Below, one piece after another: positions 51,476 through 60,143 of a stretch of DNA of 64,000 nucleotides. Both the position numbers and the translations under genes were made by a program. Origin of the DNA: Bacteroidia bacterium. GTDB taxonomy: Bacteria > Bacteroidota > Bacteroidia > M30B66. The notes under the pieces were generated by a model. That model had not been told where the DNA came from, did not search any database, and saw nothing but the letters and a program-made list of their open reading frames with translations. Location of the stretch: NCBI GenBank assembly GCA_046302715.1, contig JBKCHQ010000200.1, positions 46 to 64,045 of the forward strand, read 5' to 3'. Within the stretch, counting starts at the first letter, position 1. The number at the start of each line of letters is the position of its first letter.

Positions 51476-52674
51476 GCTTTAGGTTAAAAAATCTAATCAC
51501 CAAGCCCATTTGCTGGTTTGTATTAGCGCTCTTGCTTTCTACGGGCATTTCGGTTCAATCCTATTTGTTAGGCACCAAAGTTACCAACGATGTTGTGCAT
51601 ACCCATTACAATAATTTTGTGCTATTTAAGTATTCATTTTCGCATATGTTGGAGGGCATAAATCCTTATCAATATTTCCCTCAGGAACATTTTGATATTT
51701 ATAAGTACAGCCCCACATTTGCTTTGTTTTTTGGCTTTTTTTCGTTGTTCCCTGATAGTATCGGACTTATACTTTGGAATGGGCTTAATGCGGTTGGTTT
51801 GGTTTGGGCCATTTTTATGTTAAAAGGCCTAACCCAGTATCAGAAATCGCTGGTGTTTTTTTTGTCGGTGGTTGAATTGGCAACAAGCCTACAAAATTCG
51901 CAGGCCAATGGTTTAATGGCTGCTTTAATGATTTTTTCTTTGGCCATGCTACAACGCAATAAAATTGTTTGGGCGGCTTTGTGCATCGCCTTAAGTTTTT
52001 ACATCAAACTTTTTGGGATTGTAGCGTTTAGCCTGTTTCTCTTTTATCCGGGCAAATTAAGAATGGTTTTTTGGAGTGTGTGCTGGTTTGCAGCATTGGC
52101 ATTTATGCCGATTTTGGTAGTTGACTTTGATGGATTGATAAACTTGTATAAGCAATGGTTCGCTATCTTACAGGCCGATCATGCCTCGAATTATGGGTTC
52201 TCCTTAATGGGTTGGCTACATCGTTGGTTTAATCTAAATCCCGATAAATTAGTTGTGTTAGCGTTGGGAGTAATCACCTTTTTTTTGTGTTTAGGATGCG
52301 GGTATATTTTGCGTAAAAAGGAAAACACCCTGTATGTATTGCTTGCATTGGTGTTGCTTTGGGTGATATTGTTTAACCACATGACCGAATCGGCCACCGT
52401 TATCATCGGAATGACGGGTGCAGCTCTGTGGTTTGCTGTAAATAGTGACGATAAGCTTAATAAGGGGCTAATTGTATTAGCAGTTTTATTTACTTCATTG
52501 AGTTCAACAGAGCTTTTTCCGAGAAGTATAAGGTCTGAGTGGATTTATCCTTATGTTGTAAAGGTGTTCCCCTTGATTTTAATTTGGATAAAACTTCAGT
52601 TTGATTTGCTTAAACCTGCAGTACTTACTTTATCTCAAAATTTAAAAGGCACTCACCTTCAAGATAGGCCATAA
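51472..52674 (+). CDS. Polytopic membrane protein, DUF2029/GT87-like (putative glycosyltransferase)
   Basis: About 11 TM helices. Aromatic-rich loop YKYSPTFALFF resembles the GT87/DUF2029 family. ATGA overlap with the ompA-family gene. Confidence 0.45.
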   Translation: MSFRLKNLITKPICWFVLALLLSTGISVQSYLLGTKVTNDVVHTHYNNFVLFKYSFSHMLEGINPYQYFPQEHFDIYKYSPTFALFFGFFSLFPDSIGLILWNGLNAVGLVWAIFMLKGLTQYQKSLVFFLSVVELATSLQNSQANGLMAALMIFSLAMLQRNKIVWAALCIALSFYIKLFGIVAFSLFLFYPGKLRMVFWSVCWFAALAFMPILVVDFDGLINLYKQWFAILQADHASNYGFSLMGWLHRWFNLNPDKLVVLALGVITFFLCLGCGYILRKKENTLYVLLALVLLWVILFNHMTESATVIIGMTGAALWFAVNSDDKLNKGLIVLAVLFTSLSSTELFPRSIRSEWIYPYVVKVFPLILIWIKLQFDLLKPAVLTLSQNLKGTHLQDRP

Positions 52675-53227
52675 GGCGATCTCCAATGTCAACAGCGCCA
52701 ACACCTGCTGGCGTTCCAGTGTAAATAATATCGCCTGTTTTTAAAGTAACAAATTGCGATACATAGGAAATAATTTGCCTAAACGAGAAAATCATTTCAG
52801 CGCTGCTGCCTTTTTGTTTTTGAACTCCATTTACTTCCAGGCTGAAATTGTAAATTTTATCGACTTCGAAAGGCAGCCACTTACCAATTGGGGCCGAGCC
52901 ATCAAAAGCTTTGGCTTTTTCCCAGGGCAGCCCTTTTTCTTTACATCGCTGTTGAATATCGCGTGCGGTGAAATCAATGCCTACGCTTATCTGATCGATA
53001 TATTTATCGGCAAATTCGGGTGCAATACTTTTGCCTGCCTTCGAAACTCTCAGAATCAATTCGAGTTCGTGATGTACGTCGTTTGAGAAGTCTGGTAAAT
53101 AAAAGGGCTCGTTATCTTTAAGAATGGCCGTGTCGGGTTTTAAGAAAAATACCGGCTCGCTGGGTACAGGATTATTTAATTCGCGGGCATGCTCCGAATA
53201 ATTGCGCCCAATGCATATTATTTTCAT
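52625..53227 (-). CDS. Fumarylacetoacetate hydrolase (FAH) family protein
   Basis: MKIICIGRNYSEHARELNNP... and metal-binding acidic residues of the FAH fold. 200 aa. Confidence 0.75.
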   Translation of the reverse strand: MKIICIGRNYSEHARELNNPVPSEPVFFLKPDTAILKDNEPFYLPDFSNDVHHELELILRVSKAGKSIAPEFADKYIDQISVGIDFTARDIQQRCKEKGLPWEKAKAFDGSAPIGKWLPFEVDKIYNFSLEVNGVQKQKGSSAEMIFSFRQIISYVSQFVTLKTGDIIYTGTPAGVGAVDIGDRLMAYLEGECLLNFEIK

Positions 53228-54042
53228 TGACCAAACTTGGCTTGAAGCGCTCTTAATTTAATTTTTTCAATGGTTCGTTTGGTAGATAACGCAAAATCGC
53301 CGTTCATAATCCAATCGTAATAGCTGGGTTCTGCTTTAAATACATCTTCCACACGCTTGCCTTTATGCTTTCCAAAATTAAATACTTCTTTTCCTTCCTT
53401 ATCATATACCATTCGTCCGGCAAAGTCCACCCAATCCTTATTGGTCGAAAATGCCGATAATGCTTTTACATCATTCAAAACAGGGGTGTAGGTTTTACCT
53501 TCTTTATCGGTGATTTCAACATCTTTATAGCGCTCAAGCTGTGCCATCAAAACATCGTAGGTTGCCCTAACATCGGCTTCGGCACCGTGTGCGCCAACAT
53601 GCTCGCGATTGCAGTAAAATTTAACTGCAGCCACCAGTGTACGTTGTTCCATTTGATGAAAGATATTCTGAATGTCTACCAGAACCCGATTTTCCATTGG
53701 AAATTCAATACCAGCCCTGTAAAATTCCTCAATGAGCATGGGCACGTCAAATTTGTTGGAATTGAAGCCCGCCAAATCAGCATTGCCAATAAACTCTAAA
53801 AGTCCCTTTGCAATAGCTTTAAAAGTAGGCTCATCTTTAACATCTACGTCCGAAATGCCATGAATGGCGGTAACTTCGGCCGGAATGGGTATAGTTGGAT
53901 TAATACGTCGGGTTTTTATTTCCTCGCTCCCATCAGGATTAACTTTAAGTACGCAAATTTCAACAATGCGGTCGGCCGCTACATTGGTGCCGGTAGCTTC
54001 GAGGTCGAAGAATACGATTGGCTTGGTAATGTTCAGTTTCAT
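53224..54042 (-). CDS. DnaQ-like 3'-5' exonuclease (DEDDh) with C-terminal extension
   Basis: Exo I (FFDLEATG), Exo II (FNSNKFDVPML) and Exo III (HGAEADVRATYDV) motifs. Confidence 0.7.
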   Translation of the reverse strand: MKLNITKPIVFFDLEATGTNVAADRIVEICVLKVNPDGSEEIKTRRINPTIPIPAEVTAIHGISDVDVKDEPTFKAIAKGLLEFIGNADLAGFNSNKFDVPMLIEEFYRAGIEFPMENRVLVDIQNIFHQMEQRTLVAAVKFYCNREHVGAHGAEADVRATYDVLMAQLERYKDVEITDKEGKTYTPVLNDVKALSAFSTNKDWVDFAGRMVYDKEGKEVFNFGKHKGKRVEDVFKAEPSYYDWIMNGDFALSTKRTIEKIKLRALQAKFGQ

Positions 54043-55358
54043 TAAATGTTCCGATTTAAGTCAAACGCTTCCAGATAATCGGCCACCCTTCGTAGGAAAC
54101 TGCCACCTAGGGCCCCATCTACAACTCTATGGTCGTATGAAAGTGAGCAAAACATCATGTGACGAATGGCAATAACGTCGCCTTGCGGAGTTTCAATAAC
54201 TGCTGGCTTTTTCTTGATTACACCGGCAGCCATTATGGCCACTTGAGGTTGGTTAATGATGGGGGTTCCCATAACATTTCCAAACGAGCCCACATTGGTT
54301 ACGGTAAAGGTACCGTTAGCAATGTCGTCGGGAGTAAGTTTGTTGTTACGTGCTCGGTTGGCCAGGTCATTTACCGATTTAGTAAGACCAGTTAGGCTTA
54401 ATAAATCGGCATTCTTTATCACAGGTACAATAAGGTTGCCCGAGGGTAGGGCAGTGGCCATACCTATGTTAATGTTTTTACGTTTAATGATTTGAGTACC
54501 GTTAACCGATACATTAATCATTGGGTAGTCTTTTATAGCTCTTGCCACCGCTTCGAGAATGATTGGGGTAAATGTGATTTTCTCCCCCTCGCGCTTTTCA
54601 AATTCTTTTTTCACCCGTTCACGCCACAACACCATATTGGTTACGTCCACTTCAACCATGGAGGTAACGTGCGGACTCACAGCTTTAGACATTACCATGT
54701 GGTCGGCAATAAGCTTACGCATACGGTCCATTTCGATGATTTCGTCACTGCCTGAAACCGAAATTGCAGGAGGCGTAATTTCAGCACGTGGAGTAGGCGC
54801 AGGAACTACAGTTGGTGTTTGAGCCGCCAAAGGAGCTGGTGCAGGAGCCTTGGTTCCTTTGTTAGCGATGTGTTTTAGTAAATCTTCTTTGGTGAGCCTT
54901 CCGTCTTTACCGCTTCCTTCTAAAGTGGCTAACACATCCATACTAATGCCTTCCTGCTTGGCGATATTACGCACCAGGGGAGAATAAAAACGATCGCCTT
55001 GTGAACGAGGCACATCGGAAGTTACCGAGGTAACAGGTTGCGCTGGCGAAGAAACAGAAACCGATGCAGTTGGTACTGGGGTTACTGTCGGAGCTGCAGC
55101 TACCGCATTATCTGCTCCTTGGGTTTTAATTATGGCGATGGTTCCATTTACCTGTATGGTTTGGCCTTCTTCGAACAGAATCTTTTCAAGTATCCCAGCA
55201 ACAGGTGAAGGGATTTCGGAGTCCACCTTGTCGGTAGCAATTTCCAAAACGGGTTCGTCAAGCTCAATGGAATCGCCTGGTTTTTTAAGCCATTTAATGA
55301 TCGTAGCTTCAGCGACGCTTTCGCCCATTTTGGGCATGACCAATTCGAACTGTGCCAT
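54042..55358 (-). CDS. 2-oxoacid dehydrogenase E2 component (dihydrolipoyllysine-residue acyltransferase)
   Basis: Lipoyl domain (MPKMGESVAEATIIKWLKKPGD), E3-binding domain and catalytic domain with DHRVVDGA. Confidence 0.85.
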   Translation of the reverse strand: MAQFELVMPKMGESVAEATIIKWLKKPGDSIELDEPVLEIATDKVDSEIPSPVAGILEKILFEEGQTIQVNGTIAIIKTQGADNAVAAAPTVTPVPTASVSVSSPAQPVTSVTSDVPRSQGDRFYSPLVRNIAKQEGISMDVLATLEGSGKDGRLTKEDLLKHIANKGTKAPAPAPLAAQTPTVVPAPTPRAEITPPAISVSGSDEIIEMDRMRKLIADHMVMSKAVSPHVTSMVEVDVTNMVLWRERVKKEFEKREGEKITFTPIILEAVARAIKDYPMINVSVNGTQIIKRKNINIGMATALPSGNLIVPVIKNADLLSLTGLTKSVNDLANRARNNKLTPDDIANGTFTVTNVGSFGNVMGTPIINQPQVAIMAAGVIKKKPAVIETPQGDVIAIRHMMFCSLSYDHRVVDGALGGSFLRRVADYLEAFDLNRNI

Positions 55359-55452
55359 AAAAGAGTTCTCTAAATTTCGGGCAAAGGTAATGTTTTTGCC
55401 TTAAGGCTACACTCAGAATTAGACCAGCCGCAACGGATTGGCAAACTATGTT

Positions 55453-57480
55453 TTATTCAGATTTTACAAATCGGCGCGAATATGTTTTGCCTGAAGTTTC
55501 TGAAAGCTGAAGCACATAAATACCCTTGGGCAGTTTGTTTACATCAATATTGCTTGAATTCAATGAACCACTTTCGGCGATGTTACCTGAAACAGAAAAA
55601 ATTCTGTAGGTGTAATTGCCAATCGATAGCCCCTTTAAACTAAGGGTTTCCCCGCATGGTTGTGGCGCAACATTAAATGTGTTGTCATTATTTGCATTTT
55701 CATTTCCTACCGTAACATCAAAGCTGTAAGCACCCGTTTTTCGGTTAAACGAAACAGAATACACACCACTAGGTATAGGAATGTTAGGTCCGTCTTGAAA
55801 ACCTGATCCCTGAGGAAATGCATTGGCTCCCCAGTTAATGGCCCAGGCGCCGTCTTGACGAAATTTCATTTCGCCGGCGCTAAGGTTTACTCCATAAGCA
55901 ATATAATTTTTACCATCCACAGGTTCCATAAAAACATCAGTAGTCCATCCGTTTAGAGCACTACCAATCATACCTATTGAAGGCGGGGGGGCAGTAAGTG
56001 TAAAAGTATAAGCACCAGTTTGAATATTTATGGAAACGGTGTAGAACCCTGGTGTCATGATTGGAATGTCAGGACCATCTTGTGTGCCTGTTCCCGTGGG
56101 GAACGTTGAGGCCCCCCAATTTACGGCCCAGTTGTAGTTTTGTCTGAATTTTACTTTTGTTTCAGGATTGCTGATATTGGGGTCGCCTGCCAGTAGTAAA
56201 TTTGTTCTTGAATAATTAATGCCATCGGTAGTGGTCATCTGATAGTCGGTAGAAAAAGTTCCAGCTTCGGTAGCTGTGCCAATGATGCTAATTTCTAGTG
56301 GTGCCACAAGTTCGCCTCCGTTAATGCGAACCAGATTAATTCTACTGATATTATTATAGGAGTTAAAGCCTCCACCAATTAAGAGCTTTCCATTACTGTC
56401 AAACATCAAAGTATTGATAGTTGAATTGTCAACAAATCCGGCACCTGGATCGTATGTTGCATCTAAAGTACCATTCGAATTTAATCGTGCTAGATTTGCG
56501 CGTAAGGTGCCGTTATAATCGTAAAAGCCGTTGGCAATAATAATTTTCCCACTATTGGGTTCTTCGATAACATTTAATATACCGCAACAGGTTGGTCCTA
56601 CACCACTGGAAAAAGAGGGGTCGGGTGTGCCGTCATAGTTGAGTAAAATCAAATCGTTGGCAGGCGTACCATTTACAGTTGAAAATGTACCTGCAAGTAA
56701 TATTTTATTGGCTGTTGTATATGCAAAATCATAAATGTTTTCAAAATTACCAGGGCCTGAACCAATCGAAAAGGTATTATCGATGGTGCCATTTGAATTG
56801 AGTCGTACTAATCCACCGGGAAGGTCTGTATTATTGAAGGTAAAGGCCCCCCAAATGGTGATTTTTCCATTTGCATCGAGGTGAATCTTTGAGGCGCCAA
56901 AGCTTAGGCCTGAACCTACATTTTGGTTAAAAGCAATATCCGCAGTGCCATTTGAATTTAATCTTAAGATACGGTTTTGTGGGGCTCCATTAAATGTAGT
57001 AAAATAGCCTAGAACTACTATTTTTTCATCTGGTTGCACCACAACATTGGTAACCCATGAATTGGCTACAAATGCCTTGAAACTGGTGTCTAGTCCACCG
57101 TCAGGAAAAAGCCGAACTAGATTTGATCGAGTTACGCCGAGACTTTGTACGTTAAAACTGCCACCGACTATAATACTTCCATTGGAAGTTGTGGCGATAC
57201 TCTCTACGGTTCCATTCCATGAAGTGAAATTGGGCTGAAATGTATTGTCAATTGTGCCATCCGCATTATGCCTACTAATTTTGGGGCTCGGATTTAAATC
57301 GTTCGTTGCACCAACCAATAATTTACCACTAGGTAAAACATGAACAGCATTAATTATCGTTGAAGGATTTCCATTAGTATTAAATGTGTTGTCTATACTA
57401 CCTGGCTGAGCCAATAAGGGTGATGAAATAATGCTTAGTATTAAAAGCAAGACAAGGGAAATGAAAAATTTACGCACCAT
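55453..57480 (-). CDS. Secreted delta-60-repeat protein with two tandem ~100-aa C-proximal domains and T9SS type A C-terminal sorting domain
   Basis: Signal peptide. Repeated SGKIIIAGxFxxxNGT-type beta-propeller repeats. Two similar segments (FRQNYNWAVNWGASTFPTG...; FRQDGAWAINWGANAFPQG...). C-terminal type A CTD (KGIYVLQLSETSGKTYSRRFVK). Confidence 0.65.
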   Translation of the reverse strand: MVRKFFISLVLLLILSIISSPLLAQPGSIDNTFNTNGNPSTIINAVHVLPSGKLLVGATNDLNPSPKISRHNADGTIDNTFQPNFTSWNGTVESIATTSNGSIIVGGSFNVQSLGVTRSNLVRLFPDGGLDTSFKAFVANSWVTNVVVQPDEKIVVLGYFTTFNGAPQNRILRLNSNGTADIAFNQNVGSGLSFGASKIHLDANGKITIWGAFTFNNTDLPGGLVRLNSNGTIDNTFSIGSGPGNFENIYDFAYTTANKILLAGTFSTVNGTPANDLILLNYDGTPDPSFSSGVGPTCCGILNVIEEPNSGKIIIANGFYDYNGTLRANLARLNSNGTLDATYDPGAGFVDNSTINTLMFDSNGKLLIGGGFNSYNNISRINLVRINGGELVAPLEISIIGTATEAGTFSTDYQMTTTDGINYSRTNLLLAGDPNISNPETKVKFRQNYNWAVNWGASTFPTGTGTQDGPDIPIMTPGFYTVSINIQTGAYTFTLTAPPPSIGMIGSALNGWTTDVFMEPVDGKNYIAYGVNLSAGEMKFRQDGAWAINWGANAFPQGSGFQDGPNIPIPSGVYSVSFNRKTGAYSFDVTVGNENANNDNTFNVAPQPCGETLSLKGLSIGNYTYRIFSVSGNIAESGSLNSSNIDVNKLPKGIYVLQLSETSGKTYSRRFVKSE

Positions 57481-57627
57481 AATTTCTTTAGTTGTTTTAC
57501 GAAATTATAATCTGCACATGCCGATTAGTCATGTTAAATTGGATAATTCTGAACAATTATCTGTTGAAATTATTCAATTCATTTAAGGGAAAATTGCCTT
57601 TAGGGGTTAAAATAGAAAGACAATAAT

Positions 57628-57876
57628 TTATTGCTCCAACAAGGCTTTAACCTCTTTTTTTTCGGTGGGAGTGATGCTGTTCCAAGGGCGGTTTTGCAAG
57701 CCCATTTCGATAGCATAGAAAATATTCAGGTGAGGGCGTATACCCAACTTTTTAAGCTCGTTTTTAATTTTTGAGTACGAACTGTTAAGGAGCTCTTCTT
57801 TAGTGTATATTCCTATGGCATTCATGATTTTTACCATGTAGGGTCCAAAGTTTTTTATAGCGGATAATTCGCTCAT
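57628..57876 (-). CDS. TfoX C-terminal-domain-only protein
   Basis: An 82-aa protein whose whole length resembles TfoX_C (IKNFGPYMVKIMNAIGIYTKEELL...LNIFYAIE). Confidence 0.5.
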   Translation of the reverse strand: MSELSAIKNFGPYMVKIMNAIGIYTKEELLNSSYSKIKNELKKLGIRPHLNIFYAIEMGLQNRPWNSITPTEKKEVKALLEQ

Positions 57877-57896
57877 TTTTATCGGAATAAATAGGA

Positions 57897-58397
57897 TTAA
57901 AATTCCAGCCTAAGCAGCAAATCCTCCAATTTTTCTTCATGTGGCCTAAAAGCTAATGGAATACAATCGTACCATTCTTTACGATTTTGATAGATCGAAG
58001 TGATCCCTTCGAATGTAAGTGCCCCTTTTAGCAAGGGACGCTCGCTGGCATTGGCCTGTTGCAGGCGGTGCACCAGCATTCCAATGGGCACGTCCAAATA
58101 AACAACCTTCCCTTTTTGAAGCATCCAGTGTAAGTTATCGTTGAAGCAAGGTGTTCCGCCTCCGCATGAAATAATAGTAAGGGGCTTTAACTCCAGATTT
58201 TGAAGCGTTTCGGTTTCGACTGTGCGAAATGCAGTCTCTCCATGTTGAGTTAGCCATGCAGCGGGATGGATACCGGTATGCTGCTCTATGAGATTATCTA
58301 AATCGATGAATGTGCCACCCAGCTTAGCAGCGATTTTTTTTCCCAGAGTGGACTTGCCGCTGCCGGGCATTCCACAGATGAAAAGGGGTGAATTCAT
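57897..58397 (-). CDS. aroK: Shikimate kinase
   Basis: P-loop (GMPGSGKSTLGK). 166 aa. Confidence 0.85.
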   Translation of the reverse strand: MNSPLFICGMPGSGKSTLGKKIAAKLGGTFIDLDNLIEQHTGIHPAAWLTQHGETAFRTVETETLQNLELKPLTIISCGGGTPCFNDNLHWMLQKGKVVYLDVPIGMLVHRLQQANASERPLLKGALTFEGITSIYQNRKEWYDCIPLAFRPHEEKLEDLLLRLEF

Positions 58398-58425
58398 TTG
58401 GCAAATCGAATTTTTACTATTTTTG
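58397..58425 (+). promoter_or_regulatory. Putative Bacteroidota promoter for tRNA-Leu (TTTG ... TATTTTTG)
   Basis: TAnnTTTG match at 58418-58425, 9 nt before the tRNA start. TTTG at 58397-58400 gives a 17-nt spacer, slightly short. Confidence 0.3.
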
Positions 58426-58433
58426 CCGTCCCT

Positions 58434-58516
58434 GCCCAGGTGGTGAAATTGGTAGACACGCTACTTTGAGGGGGTAGTGAGCTCAGCTTGTGCAAGTTCG
58501 AGTCTTGTCCTGGGCA
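58434..58516 (+). tRNA. tRNA-Leu (anticodon GAG), long variable arm
   Basis: 83 nt. Acceptor GCCCAGG/CCTGGGC, anticodon stem CTACT/GGTAG with loop TTGAGGG (anticodon GAG, G37). Variable arm GAGC-tca-GCTT. T-arm GCAAG-TTCGAGT-CTTGT. Discriminator A. Confidence 0.75.
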
Positions 58517-58524
58517 CTTTTTAT

Positions 58525-58560
58525 AACCAGCCGATTATTTATCGGCTGGTTTATTTTTTT
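58525..58560. terminator. Bidirectional rho-independent terminator (tRNA-Leu / skp-like gene)
   Basis: AACCAGCCGAT-tattt-ATCGGCTGGTT followed by TTATTTTTTT. Overlaps the stop of the minus-strand OmpH gene. Confidence 0.5.
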
Positions 58561-59134
58561 CGTACTCCTCATTCAACTCCTTAAGCATATCGTCGGTAAT
58601 CTCAAATTTTTTATCGGCATACCAAATTTGGCCGCCTTGTGTATAGGACAGGATATAATTAAACTTATTTTTCTTAGAATAAGCTTCAAGGAATTTCTCC
58701 ACATTAGAGAATATTCGCTTATTCACATCAGCTTCTTTAGTTGCTAGCTGATCAGATAAATTTTGCTCAAGCATCATAAGTTCCTGCTGCTTTTGCCCCA
58801 GCTTTTTCTCTCGACTCTCACGTTCGGTTATGGTTAAAAATTCGGCCCTTTGCTGAAATTCTGCCACATCTGCTTCGAACTTTTTCTGTTCACTTACCAA
58901 ACGCGACTGAGCCTGCTTCATTTCTGCTTCCATTTTTACTTTTTCGTCAGCAAATAGTTTATAATTTTCACGAACTGAATCGGAATTAAAATACGCAATT
59001 CGCATTCCGTCGGGCACCGACGCCAAAGCAGCTGCAGGAGTAGTCTGGGGTTCGTTTTTTGAAAAATAAAGTGCAAACAGAACGGCTACTGCCATAGTGA
59101 GCACCACATTAAATATTAAATTAATATTCTTCAT
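58535..59134 (-). CDS. OmpH/Skp-family periplasmic chaperone
   Basis: Signal/TM segment, then a long coiled-coil region rich in E/K/Q. 199 aa. Confidence 0.6.
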   Translation of the reverse strand: MKNINLIFNVVLTMAVAVLFALYFSKNEPQTTPAAALASVPDGMRIAYFNSDSVRENYKLFADEKVKMEAEMKQAQSRLVSEQKKFEADVAEFQQRAEFLTITERESREKKLGQKQQELMMLEQNLSDQLATKEADVNKRIFSNVEKFLEAYSKKNKFNYILSYTQGGQIWYADKKFEITDDMLKELNEEYEKNKPADK

Positions 59135-59185
59135 ACATCAAATTTGGGCAAATATAGCCTAATATTAGGTTAAAATGAGATACTA

Positions 59186-60067
59186 TTGCATATGCCACAT
59201 TCAGAACGAAGAAAGGTGAAAGCACTGCTCTATGCGAAGCAATTTCCTATGGGTAAAATCTTTGTTAGACAGCCGTTTCCTTCTCATTTCTTAGAATACC
59301 CCGATCCGTTTATTCTATTGCATCATGCAGAAATAGACATTCATCCCGAAGCCGATTTACGTAACGAAGGGGTAGGCCCCCATCCGCATCGTGGTTTTTC
59401 GCCCGTTACGTTTATTTTTGATGGTGCTGTGCATCATCGCGACAGTTTGGGGAATTCATCAGTCATTGAAAAAGGCGGAGTACAATGGATTAATGCAGGG
59501 CGTGGAATTACACACAGCGAACGTCCACCCGAAAACATTCATTCCACAGGCAGCCGCCAAGAAATAATTCAGCTTTGGGTAAATACACCGGCTAAAGACA
59601 AAATGAAGCCCGCCGAATATTATCCGTTTTCATCACACCAGATTCCAAGAGTTACAACCAACGATGGCAACTGTATCATAGCAGTGGCAGCGGGCGAAGT
59701 ATTGGGAACTAAAGGACCGATTCAGCATAGTTTTGCTCTCAATGCGGCTTTTGTACATGGTGTTGAAGGAGGTAAATTAGAAGTCTCGTTCCCCGAAAGT
59801 CAAACGATTATTTTTTATTTACTCGACGGCGAAATCGAGGTTCCTGAGTACGGACCTGTTGAAAAGTACAACGCCTTGCTTTTTGACAATGCTGAAAAAG
59901 TAATTGAACTTGTTTTCAAAAAACAAAGTAAGGCATTGCTGCTCTCGGGAGAACCTATAAAAGAACCGATTGCAGCACACGGTCCATTTGTAATGAATAC
60001 CGAAACCGAAATTATGCAGGCTTTTCGTGACTATCAGATGGGCAAAATGGGTGTTTTAATCGAATAA
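59186..60067 (+). CDS. Pirin family protein
   Basis: Cupin metal-binding motif (GVGPHPHRGFSPVTFIFDG) and a second cupin domain. Start position uncertain. Confidence 0.8.
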   Translation: MHMPHSERRKVKALLYAKQFPMGKIFVRQPFPSHFLEYPDPFILLHHAEIDIHPEADLRNEGVGPHPHRGFSPVTFIFDGAVHHRDSLGNSSVIEKGGVQWINAGRGITHSERPPENIHSTGSRQEIIQLWVNTPAKDKMKPAEYYPFSSHQIPRVTTNDGNCIIAVAAGEVLGTKGPIQHSFALNAAFVHGVEGGKLEVSFPESQTIIFYLLDGEIEVPEYGPVEKYNALLFDNAEKVIELVFKKQSKALLLSGEPIKEPIAAHGPFVMNTETEIMQAFRDYQMGKMGVLIE

Positions 60068-60143
60068 ATTTGACAAATAACATCAATGTTAAGCCAACTT
60101 AATTAAATTTGAACTTTAAATTCATATTCAGGTTACATAATTT

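Noticed and set aside
58434-58516. Alternative reading of the long-arm tRNA as tRNA-Ser(TGA)
   Set aside because: With a 7-nt anticodon loop, only the stem CTACT/GGTAG pairs properly. This puts GAG at positions 34-36 and G at 37, consistent with Leu. The Ser reading requires an unpaired anticodon stem.
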